From Deltaproteobacteria bacterium (GTDB lineage Bacteria; Lernaellota; Lernaellaia; JACKCT01), in the NCBI GenBank assembly GCA_020633895.1, contig JACKCT010000011.1, positions 3,607 through 67,606 of the forward strand: a stretch of 64,000 nucleotides of DNA, in the 5' to 3' direction. The notes beneath the pieces are model-generated. The model did no database searches. It was not told the origin of the DNA and was given only the letters and a program-made list of their open reading frames with translations. Both the position numbers and the translations under genes were made by a program. Shown in pieces: positions 29,778-39,007 of this stretch; within the stretch, counting starts at the first letter, position 1, and the number at the start of each line of letters is the position of its first letter.

Positions 29778-30544
29778 ATGTGGCTGATCTTCGCTCGTTG
29801 GTTATCAAAGAATTCTCCAGCCCAAGCGCCCAGCGACGATTTCGCGAGATGGCGGACCAGGGACTTTGGGACTCCGAAATGCACTTCGTCGAAAAGTATT
29901 TTACGAACTCCCGCGCCCGGGTGCTGGATCTAGGTTGCGGCACGGGACGCACGACTATTCCGCTGGTTCAAAGGAATTTTGATGTCATCGGCGTGGACCT
30001 GACGCCGGCCATGATCGAAACCGCCGTCGAAATCGCCGCCGAAAAAGATCTGACGATCAAATACGAGGTCGGGGATGCAACGAGGCTGCATTACCCGGAT
30101 GGCTTTTTCGACTACGTCCTTTTTTCCAACCAGGGCTGGACACAAATCCCCGGTAGGAAAAACCGGTTGGCGGCCCTTGGCGAGATTCGGCGTGTACTGA
30201 AGTCCGGGGGCATCTTCATTTTTACGACGCATCAACGCGCCGGAGTACGCCGTTGGACGCCATTTTGGATTAAACAAGCGTTTCGCTTCTATGTCCTCAA
30301 ACGCTTGGGATTCGCCATTCCGGAAATGGATTTTGGGGATCGTTTCTTCAACCGCGACTCCACGGACGACCGTCGTACGTACGCCAACCGGCAATACATT
30401 CATATTCCGACCTTGCACGAAGTGAAATCCGTGTTGGAGAAGGCTGGTTTTGCGTTGCTGGAAGTCAACGGTTCAATGCAAATTTCGCGGGACGATGTCC
30501 GCAAATATCCGCCTGTGTTTTTTGTTTGCGAGAAATCGGCGTAA
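29774..30544 (+). CDS. Class I SAM-dependent methyltransferase
   Basis: VLDLGCGTGR motif I. GTG start overlaps the upstream stop (GTGA), so translationally coupled to marC. Confidence 0.7.
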   Translation: MNVADLRSLVIKEFSSPSAQRRFREMADQGLWDSEMHFVEKYFTNSRARVLDLGCGTGRTTIPLVQRNFDVIGVDLTPAMIETAVEIAAEKDLTIKYEVGDATRLHYPDGFFDYVLFSNQGWTQIPGRKNRLAALGEIRRVLKSGGIFIFTTHQRAGVRRWTPFWIKQAFRFYVLKRLGFAIPEMDFGDRFFNRDSTDDRRTYANRQYIHIPTLHEVKSVLEKAGFALLEVNGSMQISRDDVRKYPPVFFVCEKSA

Positions 30545-30790
30545 TTTCGTTGCATATCAAAAACGGATACGAAGCCGATAACGCCCTCGACCAAACAGAG
30601 CCGCGAACCGTAGTGAGCGGTTGGGCGCGCGATACGAAACAACGGTCGGGGCGTGCCGGGACGGACCAGACCCCTCCCTACAGGTCGGGGCTCTGACGGG
30701 CGCGTACGCGATTCTTCAATAACGAAAGCGGGTCGCCGAATCCCGGCAACCCGCCCTCGATAAGAATCATCTCAGTTTTCACACCTTCTC

Positions 30791-30822
30791 TCGACCTTCG
30801 GTCTCGCGAAAGTGTGGCACCC
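30791..30822 (+). repeat. 32-nt hairpin plus AGTGTGGCACCC element (copy 2)
   Basis: TCGACCTTCGGTCTCGCGAAAGTGTGGCACCC. Confidence 0.7.
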
Positions 30823-30848
30823 CCACTCACTTGGCACCCGCCTGTCGC

Positions 30849-33116
30849 TTATGCGCTCGGCTGCTCCGCCGCCTCTTCCTTGGGCGTTTCCTCGGCGACC
30901 TTGGCGGCCGGTTGGGAGAGGTGGTCGGCGACGATTTCCAGCACATCCTTGACCTTAACCTTATCGTCGACCTGCTTGTCCTTGGACGAGTCGGTGAGCA
31001 TGGTTAGGCAGAAGGGGCAGGACACGCCCACCGTCGCCGGTTGATCGCACGACTCCATGATCTCGTCGAAGCGGGTGTGGTTGACGCGAGGCGCGTGCTC
31101 CTCGACCCACATGCGACCGCCGCCGGCGCCGCAGCAATAGGACTGCTTCTTGTTCAGGCTCGGCTCCACCACCTCGGCGCCCACCGCCCGCAACAGGTCC
31201 CGCTGCTGCTCGAACACGCCGTTATAGCGGCCCAGGAAGCAGGGATCGTGATAGCCCACGCGGCCGATGTCCTTGGACCGGTCCAGCTTGATGCGTCCGC
31301 TCATGAGCAGATCGTGGGCCAACTCGTTGGCGTGGATGACCTCGAAACCGGCCGAGCCCTTGTAGGCGTCGGTGATCTCCGGCGTCTCCATCTGCGTGAT
31401 GGCGTCCTCGATGAAGTCGGGGTATTCGTTCTTGATGGTGTTGAAGCAGTGGGGGCAGTTGGTGATGACCTTCTTCACGCCGTAGGTCATGAACGTCTGG
31501 ATGTTCGTGACGGCCATGATCTGCCCCACGTACTCGTTGCCAAGCCGCCGGGCCGTCTCGCCGTTGCAGCCTTCCTCGATGCCGAGCACGGCGTACTTGA
31601 TGCCCGCCGCGTCCAAAATTTTGCACACCGAGTGGGTGATCTTTTGGGAACGGTCATCGTAGGAGCCCATGCATCCCACGTAGTAGAGGTACTCGACCTC
31701 GGCCAATTCCTCCGGCGAAAGCTCGGCGAACTGGCGGACCTTGACGCCCTCGCCGGCCTTGGCGATCCAGTCGGCGCGCTTGTCCGGGCCCAGGCCCCAG
31801 GGGTTCGAGTTGCGCTCGATGTTTTTGTAGTAGTTGGTGATCTCGGCGGGAATGTCGCCCGCGATCATGGACAGGTATTGGCGCATCTGGACGATGCGAG
31901 GCACCTGCTCGATGAAGACGGGGCAGCGATCCTCGCAGTCGCCGCACAGGGTGCACGACCAGATCGTCTCGGTCCACACGGCGCCGTCGTTGCCGTCGAT
32001 GAGCATGCCGTTGCCCAGGGCCGTAATCGCGTCCTTGCCCTCGGCGGCGCCTTTGGCCTGGGCCGCCGCGACCAGTTCCTCGTCGCCGGCGTACTTTTGG
32101 CCGAATTTGAAGGGCGGCATCTCCAGCGGATACTTGTGGTAGGCCGCCGCCTTGATGGACTTGTTCACGCCCCGGTGGGACAGGGGCTTGTCCGTGGAAA
32201 ACGCCGGGCAGTAGGGCGCGCAGCGACCGCATTCGGTGCATGAGTATACGTCCAGGATCTGCTTCCAGCTAACATCCTCGACCTTGGCGATGCCGATGGA
32301 CAAATCCGGGTTGGTTTCGAGTTGCTCGAACTTCTCCTCGATGTTGCGGATCGGCTCGATGCGTCCCTTGGGTCCCAGGCGGGAAAAGAAGACGTTGGGC
32401 AGGGCGGTGATGACATGAAAATGCTTGCCGAAAGGCAGGTAGTTGAGGAACAGCAGCACCATCACCGAATGGCCGACGACCGCCGCCTTCCACATGGTCG
32501 CGCCCGACTCGGCGTTGAACATGCCCTGCGTGAGCAGTCCCAGGCCGAAATGGGCCTCCCGGCCGTTGGCCACGGCGACGGCGTTGTAGCCGCCCTCGTG
32601 GAGCATGTCGAAGATCATCAGGCCGCAGATCCAGCACAGAATCGCCACCGGCTCCCAGTGGTGCATGCCCTGCATGCGCTTGGGCAGGGAAACCAGGCGT
32701 CGCCACATAAACCCGATGCATCCCGTGATCACCAGAATGACCACGATGTCCTTGACGAAGGAGTAGACCGGGCCGATCACGCCGCCCACCACCGGAATAT
32801 GGTGCAGGCTGGCCTCGTACCCGCCGAAGCCCATGACGAACAGTTCCAGCGTGCGCACCGAGAGGATCATGAATCCGGCGAAGATGAAAATGTGCAGCAG
32901 GCCGGGCACCAGTTCGTCGGGCATGCGCCCCTGACCCAGGCCGTATTGCAGCAGGCGGCCGACGCGGTCCTTGATGCGGTCGAACCGGTTTTCCTTCGGG
33001 CCGACCATCATCAGGCGGATGCGGTGGTACATCACCGCGCCGTGCGTGGCCAGAAGGCCCGCGATCACGACGGCGAACAGCACCTTCAGGGCGCCGGATA
33101 AGGCGAGAGCTTCCAT
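30849..33116 (-). CDS. Membrane-anchored Fe-S oxidoreductase with 2x[4Fe-4S] and CCG domains (EtfAB:menaquinone oxidoreductase-like, DUF224/HdrD-like)
   Basis: Start set at MEALALSG, preceded by GGAGGGG 5 nt upstream. N-terminal about 6 TM helices. CTECGRCAPYCP and CTLCGDCEDRCP. Two Cys-rich CCG-like regions (YYVGCMGSY..., YHDPCFLGRY..., CCGAGGG). Immediately downstream of etfBA. Confidence 0.65.
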   Translation of the reverse strand: MEALALSGALKVLFAVVIAGLLATHGAVMYHRIRLMMVGPKENRFDRIKDRVGRLLQYGLGQGRMPDELVPGLLHIFIFAGFMILSVRTLELFVMGFGGYEASLHHIPVVGGVIGPVYSFVKDIVVILVITGCIGFMWRRLVSLPKRMQGMHHWEPVAILCWICGLMIFDMLHEGGYNAVAVANGREAHFGLGLLTQGMFNAESGATMWKAAVVGHSVMVLLFLNYLPFGKHFHVITALPNVFFSRLGPKGRIEPIRNIEEKFEQLETNPDLSIGIAKVEDVSWKQILDVYSCTECGRCAPYCPAFSTDKPLSHRGVNKSIKAAAYHKYPLEMPPFKFGQKYAGDEELVAAAQAKGAAEGKDAITALGNGMLIDGNDGAVWTETIWSCTLCGDCEDRCPVFIEQVPRIVQMRQYLSMIAGDIPAEITNYYKNIERNSNPWGLGPDKRADWIAKAGEGVKVRQFAELSPEELAEVEYLYYVGCMGSYDDRSQKITHSVCKILDAAGIKYAVLGIEEGCNGETARRLGNEYVGQIMAVTNIQTFMTYGVKKVITNCPHCFNTIKNEYPDFIEDAITQMETPEITDAYKGSAGFEVIHANELAHDLLMSGRIKLDRSKDIGRVGYHDPCFLGRYNGVFEQQRDLLRAVGAEVVEPSLNKKQSYCCGAGGGRMWVEEHAPRVNHTRFDEIMESCDQPATVGVSCPFCLTMLTDSSKDKQVDDKVKVKDVLEIVADHLSQPAAKVAEETPKEEAAEQPSA

Positions 33117-33367
33117 GGTTTCCCCTCCGTCTCTCAAAGGACTTGTGGATGGAGATGGATGCGAGCTTGAGGATCCCCGCCGCGCGCATAGCCCAAGCCC
33201 GGCGATAGGGTCAAAAGCGTCAACTTGTCAAATTGGCCCCAAAGCGAGGGACCTTTCTATCGTAATCAAATAAAAGGCGACCGGGAAGGGTCCCGGTCGC
33301 CCGTCAGGTCGGAAAAATCGCGGAATTGCCCGGACACGCGCGAAAAAAGCGCGATCGGCGAATCCCT

Positions 33368-34342
33368 TTAGTCGGACGCCAGGAGCTTCTTGAACTCTTC
33401 TTCCATCTTGGGCACCGCCTCGAACAGGTCGGCGACCAGACCGTAATCGGCCTTCTGGAAGATGGGAGCTTCCGGGTCCTTGTTGATGGCCACGATGACC
33501 TTGGAGGTCCGCATACCGGCCAGATGCTGAATGGCGCCGGAGATGCCGCACGCGATGTACAGGGACGGGTTGACCGTTTTTCCGGTCTGTCCGACCTGCA
33601 TCGAGTGGGGGGCGAATCCCGAATCCACCGCCGCGCGCGAAGCGCCGACCGTCGCGCCGATCACGTCCGCCAACGATTCCAAGATGGCGAAATTCTCGGA
33701 GTTTTTCATGGCCCGGCCGCCGGAGACGATGCGCTCGGCCTCGGTCAGGTCGGCCTTGGCGGACGTGGACTCCTGCATCTCGACCAGCTTGACCTTGGTC
33801 TCGCCGAAGTCCGCGGAGACGGCCACGGTCTCGGCCGAACCGCCCGGGGCGTCCGCGGGGACGGCGAACGAGTTGGGCCGAATCGAGAAGACGCACTTAT
33901 CGGCGTCCAGGGTCACGGTGCGAAACGCCTTGCCGGAAAAGACCGGGCGCTTGGCCTGGATTTTTCCGCCTTCGAGCTGCACATCCACGCAGTCCGCGGC
34001 AAAAGCCGCGTCCAGACGGGCGGCCAGACGGGGCGCCAGATCCTTACCGGCGGAGGTGGCGCCGAACAGCACCACGGCGGCCCCGGCCTGCTCGGCGACC
34101 TCGTTGATGATCTTGGTATAGCCTTCCGAGTTGTACTCGGCGGCGCCGTCGGCCACGTAGACCTTCTTGGCGCCGTATTCGCCCAGCTTGCCCTCGGCGC
34201 CGGCCACGCCGGACCCGATCACGACCGCGGACAGCTCTCCGCCCAGACCCCCGGCAATCTCCGCGCCTTTGGTCAAAAGCTCGAGGGCGATCTTCTTGGG
34301 TTCGTTGCCTTTGGTTTCCGCAACAACCAGAACATTAGCCAT
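33368..34342 (-). CDS. etfA: Electron transfer flavoprotein alpha subunit
   Basis: MANVLVVAETKGNEPKKIALELL, FAD-binding C-terminal PEAPIFQKADYGLVADLFE. Confidence 0.85.
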   Translation of the reverse strand: MANVLVVAETKGNEPKKIALELLTKGAEIAGGLGGELSAVVIGSGVAGAEGKLGEYGAKKVYVADGAAEYNSEGYTKIINEVAEQAGAAVVLFGATSAGKDLAPRLAARLDAAFAADCVDVQLEGGKIQAKRPVFSGKAFRTVTLDADKCVFSIRPNSFAVPADAPGGSAETVAVSADFGETKVKLVEMQESTSAKADLTEAERIVSGGRAMKNSENFAILESLADVIGATVGASRAAVDSGFAPHSMQVGQTGKTVNPSLYIACGISGAIQHLAGMRTSKVIVAINKDPEAPIFQKADYGLVADLFEAVPKMEEEFKKLLASD

Positions 34343-34372
34343 GGTGATATCTCCTATGCCCTCTTCGGCGGA

Positions 34373-35125
34373 TTAGATGACTTTCGCTTCTTCGCGCAGC
34401 AGACGGACGACCTCGGCGACGTGCTCCACGCCCTCGAAGACCTTGCCGGCCTTGCGTTCCTCGGGCAGGGACACGCTGGTGCCCTTGGCCTTGTTCTGCG
34501 TCGCCCCGGCTTCCTTGACGTCCACGGGCTTGCGCTTGGCCTTCATGATGCCCGGCAGGCTGGCGTAGCGCGGCTCGTTGAGGCCCTTGGTGGCGGTCAC
34601 GACGGCCGGCAGCGCGGCTTCCATGACCTGCTTGGCGCCGCCCTCGATTTCCCGGTGAGCGGTGACTTTGCCGTCGCCGACCTCGATCTTGCCGCAGACG
34701 TTGATCTGGGGAACGCCCAGAAGCTCGGCCACCATGCTGGGAACGGCGAACATATCGTCGTCGATGGCGCGGCAACCGGCCAGCAGCAGGTCGCAGTCCA
34801 GCTCCTTGATGGCCGCGGCCAGGTCCTTGGCGGTGGCCAGGCTGTCGATGTAGCCCTCGGCGGTCTTCACATGCACCGCCGCGTCGGCGCCCATGGCCAA
34901 CGCCGTGCGCAACGCCTCCACGATGCGGTCCGGGCCCAGGCCCACGACCGTCACTTTCTCCGCCTGACCGGCCTCTTTCTTGACCAGGGCCTCTTCGACG
35001 GCGAACTCGTCATAGGGATTGAGGATCCACTTGATCCCTTCCATATCGAAGTCGGTCCCGTCGCCGGAAAGCTTGATGCGGCTTTCGGTGTCCGGAACCT
35101 GTTTGCACAGTACGACAATATTCAC
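34373..35125 (-). CDS. etfB: Electron transfer flavoprotein beta subunit
   Basis: MNIVVLCKQVPDTESRIKL, typical length. Confidence 0.85.
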   Translation of the reverse strand: MNIVVLCKQVPDTESRIKLSGDGTDFDMEGIKWILNPYDEFAVEEALVKKEAGQAEKVTVVGLGPDRIVEALRTALAMGADAAVHVKTAEGYIDSLATAKDLAAAIKELDCDLLLAGCRAIDDDMFAVPSMVAELLGVPQINVCGKIEVGDGKVTAHREIEGGAKQVMEAALPAVVTATKGLNEPRYASLPGIMKAKRKPVDVKEAGATQNKAKGTSVSLPEERKAGKVFEGVEHVAEVVRLLREEAKVI

Positions 35126-35135
35126 GACAAACCTC

Positions 35136-35765
35136 CTATTGTCCGGAAGACGGATGCTTTTTGAGCCCCTCTAGGAAGAACTCGGCCAAAGCGTCGGCAA
35201 TTTCCTCGGCATCGTATTTGGGGTGGGGATCCAGGACCATGTACAGCACCATCTCATCCAGCGCCCCGAAGATCGAACGCTTGATGATGCCCGGCGGCAC
35301 ACTTGTCCGAAAAACCCCCTGGTCCTTGCAATCCCGAATCAGGTTGGAAACCAGATTCAGGAACTCGCCGAATTTGATCGGCACGTATTCCTTCATAAAT
35401 TTGTTGGACTGACGAAGCTCCACCGAGATGACCTCGGCCAGCTCCTTGTTCTCGTCCATGTAGAGCACGTAGTTGCGGATGAACGCCCGAAACCGCTGCT
35501 CCGGCGCGTCGATCCCGTCGAGTAGCTCCTTGAGGCGGTCGATGGCCTCGGTGAGCTTCTCTTCAAACAAGGAGATGAGCACATCGTCCTTGTTTTTGAA
35601 GTACAGATAGATCGTCCCGTCGGCGACGCCCGCCTCCTTGGCGATCTGGCTGATCTTCGAATTATGAAACCCGTGCCGGGCGAAGATCTTCACCGCGGCC
35701 TTGAGAATGCGGTCGTGTTTTTCCTGGGCCCCCGCGCGGCGGGGAGCCGCCTTTTCGGCTTTCAT
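35136..35765 (-). CDS. TetR/AcrR family transcriptional regulator
   Basis: N-terminal HTH ILKAAVKIFARHGFHNSKISQIAKEAGVADGTIYLYFKNKDD. Confidence 0.75.
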   Translation of the reverse strand: MKAEKAAPRRAGAQEKHDRILKAAVKIFARHGFHNSKISQIAKEAGVADGTIYLYFKNKDDVLISLFEEKLTEAIDRLKELLDGIDAPEQRFRAFIRNYVLYMDENKELAEVISVELRQSNKFMKEYVPIKFGEFLNLVSNLIRDCKDQGVFRTSVPPGIIKRSIFGALDEMVLYMVLDPHPKYDAEEIADALAEFFLEGLKKHPSSGQ

Positions 35766-36056
35766 CGATGCAACCTGCGGGAATTTCCCGGAATTTCACT
35801 CCCCTACGCGGTGGGGAGTCGAATAAGCGTCGCTTATGTGCGCGCGGCCCCGCGCATCGTTCGAGGCGCCCGAATCCGTCCCGGCGCCGACCCTCGTTCC
35901 GTCCGAAGACAATAATGAATGAGGGCTCACTCAAATCCGTAAACTAGAGGCCCGAGCGGGGAATGTCAAGTGCCTTGTGCGCCGGACCAGCCCCTCGGTT
36001 CGAGGGAAAAGTCCCGATAAATCAATTCGATATGGAAGACCCGCGGAAGGGGCCGG

Positions 36057-37484
36057 TTACAAAAGCGGCGCCATCAACCGGGCGATATCCTCAACGATTT
36101 CCAGGGCCAGGCTCTCGCGCTCGGGACGCCGGTCGTCCACCGCCTCGGACCCGTCCATGTACATTTGGATCGTCGCCTCCACCTGCTGCGCCACGCCGCG
36201 CGAATAGACCAACGCCCCCGCCTCGAAATTGAAGAACAGGCTGCGGATGTCCATATTCGCCGACCCGATCACGCACACCGCCTCGTCGATGAGCATCAGC
36301 TTGCTGTGCAGCATCCCGCCCGTGTACGTGAACAGGCGCACCTTGGACCCGCGAAGCTGGCGAAAATAGGAGTTGCGGGCCATGTCCGGGATGCGGTGGT
36401 TGGAGACCTTGGGCACCACGACGCGCACGTCCCGGCCCATCTCGGCCAGCAAACGGATCTGGCGCATCATCGGCTCGCTGGGCACGAAGTAGGGGGTGGC
36501 GATCCAGACACGACGCCGAGCGACGCGCATCGCCGAGACGAGCATATCGTGCAGAGGCAGGAACTCGGCGTCCGGCCCACCGGCCAGGACCTGCACCGCG
36601 TCCTCCCCGCCGGTCGCGGGAGCGGGAACGGTCTCGAACTCGATATCCTCCTTGGTGGCGAAGCGCCAATCCGCGTCAAAAATGCGCAGAAAATCCCGCA
36701 CCGCCGGGCCCCGGACGGCCGCCATGGCGTCGTACCATTCGCTGGCCACGTGGTCGGGCCCCATGTACTCGTGGGCCAGGTTCATGCCGCCGACCATCGC
36801 CTCCCGCTCGTCGACCACGATGATCTTCCGGTGATTGCGCATATGCATGTGGCGGGTGCGACCCGGACGGGGCGGCCAGATCGGGCTGAAGGTGCCCACC
36901 TTCCCCCCGGCCTTTCGCAGCGGTTTGGAGAACCGGTACTGAGAAAACAGCGCCCCCAGCCCGTCGAGCAGCAGACGCACCCGCACGCCGTCCTTCGCCT
37001 GGGCCGCCAACTCGTCGACGATCGCCTGCCCCACGTTGTCTCGGCCCAGGATGAACATCTCCACGTAGATCGACCGCTTCGCCCCCCGGATCATCTCCAC
37101 CAGACGGCCGAAGGCCTCGTCCCCCCTCGCCACCAGTTCGACCTTGTTGCCTCCGGTGGGCAGGGGCAGTCCCGCCGCGTGGAGTTGGTCGGTCAGATCG
37201 CGCAAACGGTCGTCATCGGCGACGACACCCGGCAGCTCGCGGGTCGTCAGATGGGGGTGGTCGTACAGGCGCGGCTTTCGGTGACGATCCCGGCGAAAGC
37301 GATAGCCGCCGATGATGAGGTAAAGGGGAATGCCCACATAGGGCAGCAGGATGATCGCCAGGATCCACACCATCGTGGAGGACGGGGGGCGGTGCTCCCG
37401 CAGAATCAGCACGGCCAGGAAGATCACCACCGCCGGCAGGAAGACGGCGATCGCGCCGATCAGGATTTGTTCGAGCGTACCCAT
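36057..37484 (-). CDS. cls: Cardiolipin synthase (phospholipase D family)
   Basis: Two N-terminal TM helices. Two HKD motifs: HRKIIVVDEREAMVGGMNL and HSKLMLIDEAVCVIGSANMD. Confidence 0.75.
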   Translation of the reverse strand: MGTLEQILIGAIAVFLPAVVIFLAVLILREHRPPSSTMVWILAIILLPYVGIPLYLIIGGYRFRRDRHRKPRLYDHPHLTTRELPGVVADDDRLRDLTDQLHAAGLPLPTGGNKVELVARGDEAFGRLVEMIRGAKRSIYVEMFILGRDNVGQAIVDELAAQAKDGVRVRLLLDGLGALFSQYRFSKPLRKAGGKVGTFSPIWPPRPGRTRHMHMRNHRKIIVVDEREAMVGGMNLAHEYMGPDHVASEWYDAMAAVRGPAVRDFLRIFDADWRFATKEDIEFETVPAPATGGEDAVQVLAGGPDAEFLPLHDMLVSAMRVARRRVWIATPYFVPSEPMMRQIRLLAEMGRDVRVVVPKVSNHRIPDMARNSYFRQLRGSKVRLFTYTGGMLHSKLMLIDEAVCVIGSANMDIRSLFFNFEAGALVYSRGVAQQVEATIQMYMDGSEAVDDRRPERESLALEIVEDIARLMAPLL

Positions 37485-37493
37485 CCCGAGGGG

Positions 37494-38318
37494 CTAGCCC
37501 CTTTTTTTGGCGAAGCTGCGCAATTGGCGATCCAGCTCGAAACGCACCACGCCCGGCACCAGGCGCTGGGCCAGCCAGGCAAATCGGCCTTGGGCGCCGG
37601 GGACGATCATGAATCGGCCGGTCTTCACGCCGTCGAGCATGGCTCGGGCGACCTGTTCGGCCGACAGCAACCCGCCGCCCTCCGACAACGCGATGCATTC
37701 GGGGGGTTTGGTTTCGTTTTCGGCACGCAGGCCTGGCGTGTCCGTATCGGGCGGACACAGCACATGCACACTCACCCCGTGGCGCTTCATCTCCATGCGC
37801 AGCGCCTCGGAGAATCCCATCACGGCGAATTTCGACGCCGAGTAGTGCGTGAAGCCGATGATGCCCAGGAAACCGGCCACCGACGAGACATTCACGATCG
37901 CCGATCCCGCCCGGCTTTTCAGGTGGGGCGCCAGGGCCTGCGTGACCGACCAGGTGCCGTAGAGGTTCACGCGCATGACCTGATCAAGCATGTCCAGGGT
38001 CACGTCCTCGAAATAGGCGGGGTTGGACACACCGGCGCAGTTGATGAGCAGGTCCGGCGCACCGAGTTCGGTGACGACGGCGTTCATCGTCGCGGTGGCG
38101 GCTTCGTGATCGGCCACGTCCAGGCGGCGGGTTTCGACCTGCTGCGTCGCGTTCTTGCGCGCGGCGCGGATCTCGTTCGCGGCCTTGGCCAGAGCGTCCT
38201 CGTTGCGCGCGAAGAGAACGACATGCGCCCCCTCGCCCGCCAGAATCTTCGCCGCCGCCAGCCCGATGCCCATCGACCCGCCGGGAATGTACGCCCGCTT
38301 GCCTTCGAAGGATTTCAT
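37494..38318 (-). CDS. SDR family oxidoreductase
   Basis: GGSMGIGLA Rossmann motif. YSASK is the catalytic YxxxK. Confidence 0.7.
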   Translation of the reverse strand: MKSFEGKRAYIPGGSMGIGLAAAKILAGEGAHVVLFARNEDALAKAANEIRAARKNATQQVETRRLDVADHEAATATMNAVVTELGAPDLLINCAGVSNPAYFEDVTLDMLDQVMRVNLYGTWSVTQALAPHLKSRAGSAIVNVSSVAGFLGIIGFTHYSASKFAVMGFSEALRMEMKRHGVSVHVLCPPDTDTPGLRAENETKPPECIALSEGGGLLSAEQVARAMLDGVKTGRFMIVPGAQGRFAWLAQRLVPGVVRFELDRQLRSFAKKRG

Positions 38319-38481
38319 CTCCAGGCTCCAATGCAGTTATTCAAACCTAGCGCGCCATCGTCGGAAAAACCGTCGGATCACGCAATGGGAAGACTTTCCA
38401 CGGCAATCCCGAGCGTAGATGCGGTGAGTGCGATTTCGCCTTAAGATAGCGGTTGTAAAATTTTCCAATCGCCGTGGGAGC

Positions 38482-38871
38482 ATGGGGAAAGAACTATTGA
38501 CCGGCGCCGCTTGCGAATATTGCGGAATCCAAGTCGAACTCGGCATTTCGAAGTGCCCGAATTGCGGGGCTCCCCTGCCACCGACTCCAAAACGCCGAGC
38601 CCGTCCCAACCCACATCTTTTGCCGCGCTTAAAGATTCCCATGAACTTCGACTATCTACGTCATACGCGCAGCAATACCGATGAGGAAATCAACGCCTTG
38701 CCGACTTGGCTGGTTCTTTTGATGTTCGTGTTTTGCCCCCCAGCGGGCTTGGTCGGCATCTGGTTGCAGCCACGAGGTTTTTTCGCCAAAACACCTCGAG
38801 TTCGTGGTTGGGCGACATTTATTTTCATCGTCGCTGTGACCCTCTTTTATATGTTCACTCCCTACAAATAG
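38482..38871 (+). CDS. Small zinc-ribbon plus TM protein
   Basis: CEYCG...CPNCG zinc ribbon, then two hydrophobic helices. The ORF is open from 38428; Met at 38482 chosen. Confidence 0.4.
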   Translation: MGKELLTGAACEYCGIQVELGISKCPNCGAPLPPTPKRRARPNPHLLPRLKIPMNFDYLRHTRSNTDEEINALPTWLVLLMFVFCPPAGLVGIWLQPRGFFAKTPRVRGWATFIFIVAVTLFYMFTPYK

Positions 38872-39007
38872 GTTGCCCCTTGGCGAATGAAATTCTTGGT
38901 CGCCTTCCTGTCGCCAGACCGGGCAATTGAGATCCCCGCCGCCTTTGCGCTAGAATCCCCGCTTAGATTTTTCTTTTTGACTTGGGGCGAGCACGGAGGG
39001 CGTGTCG

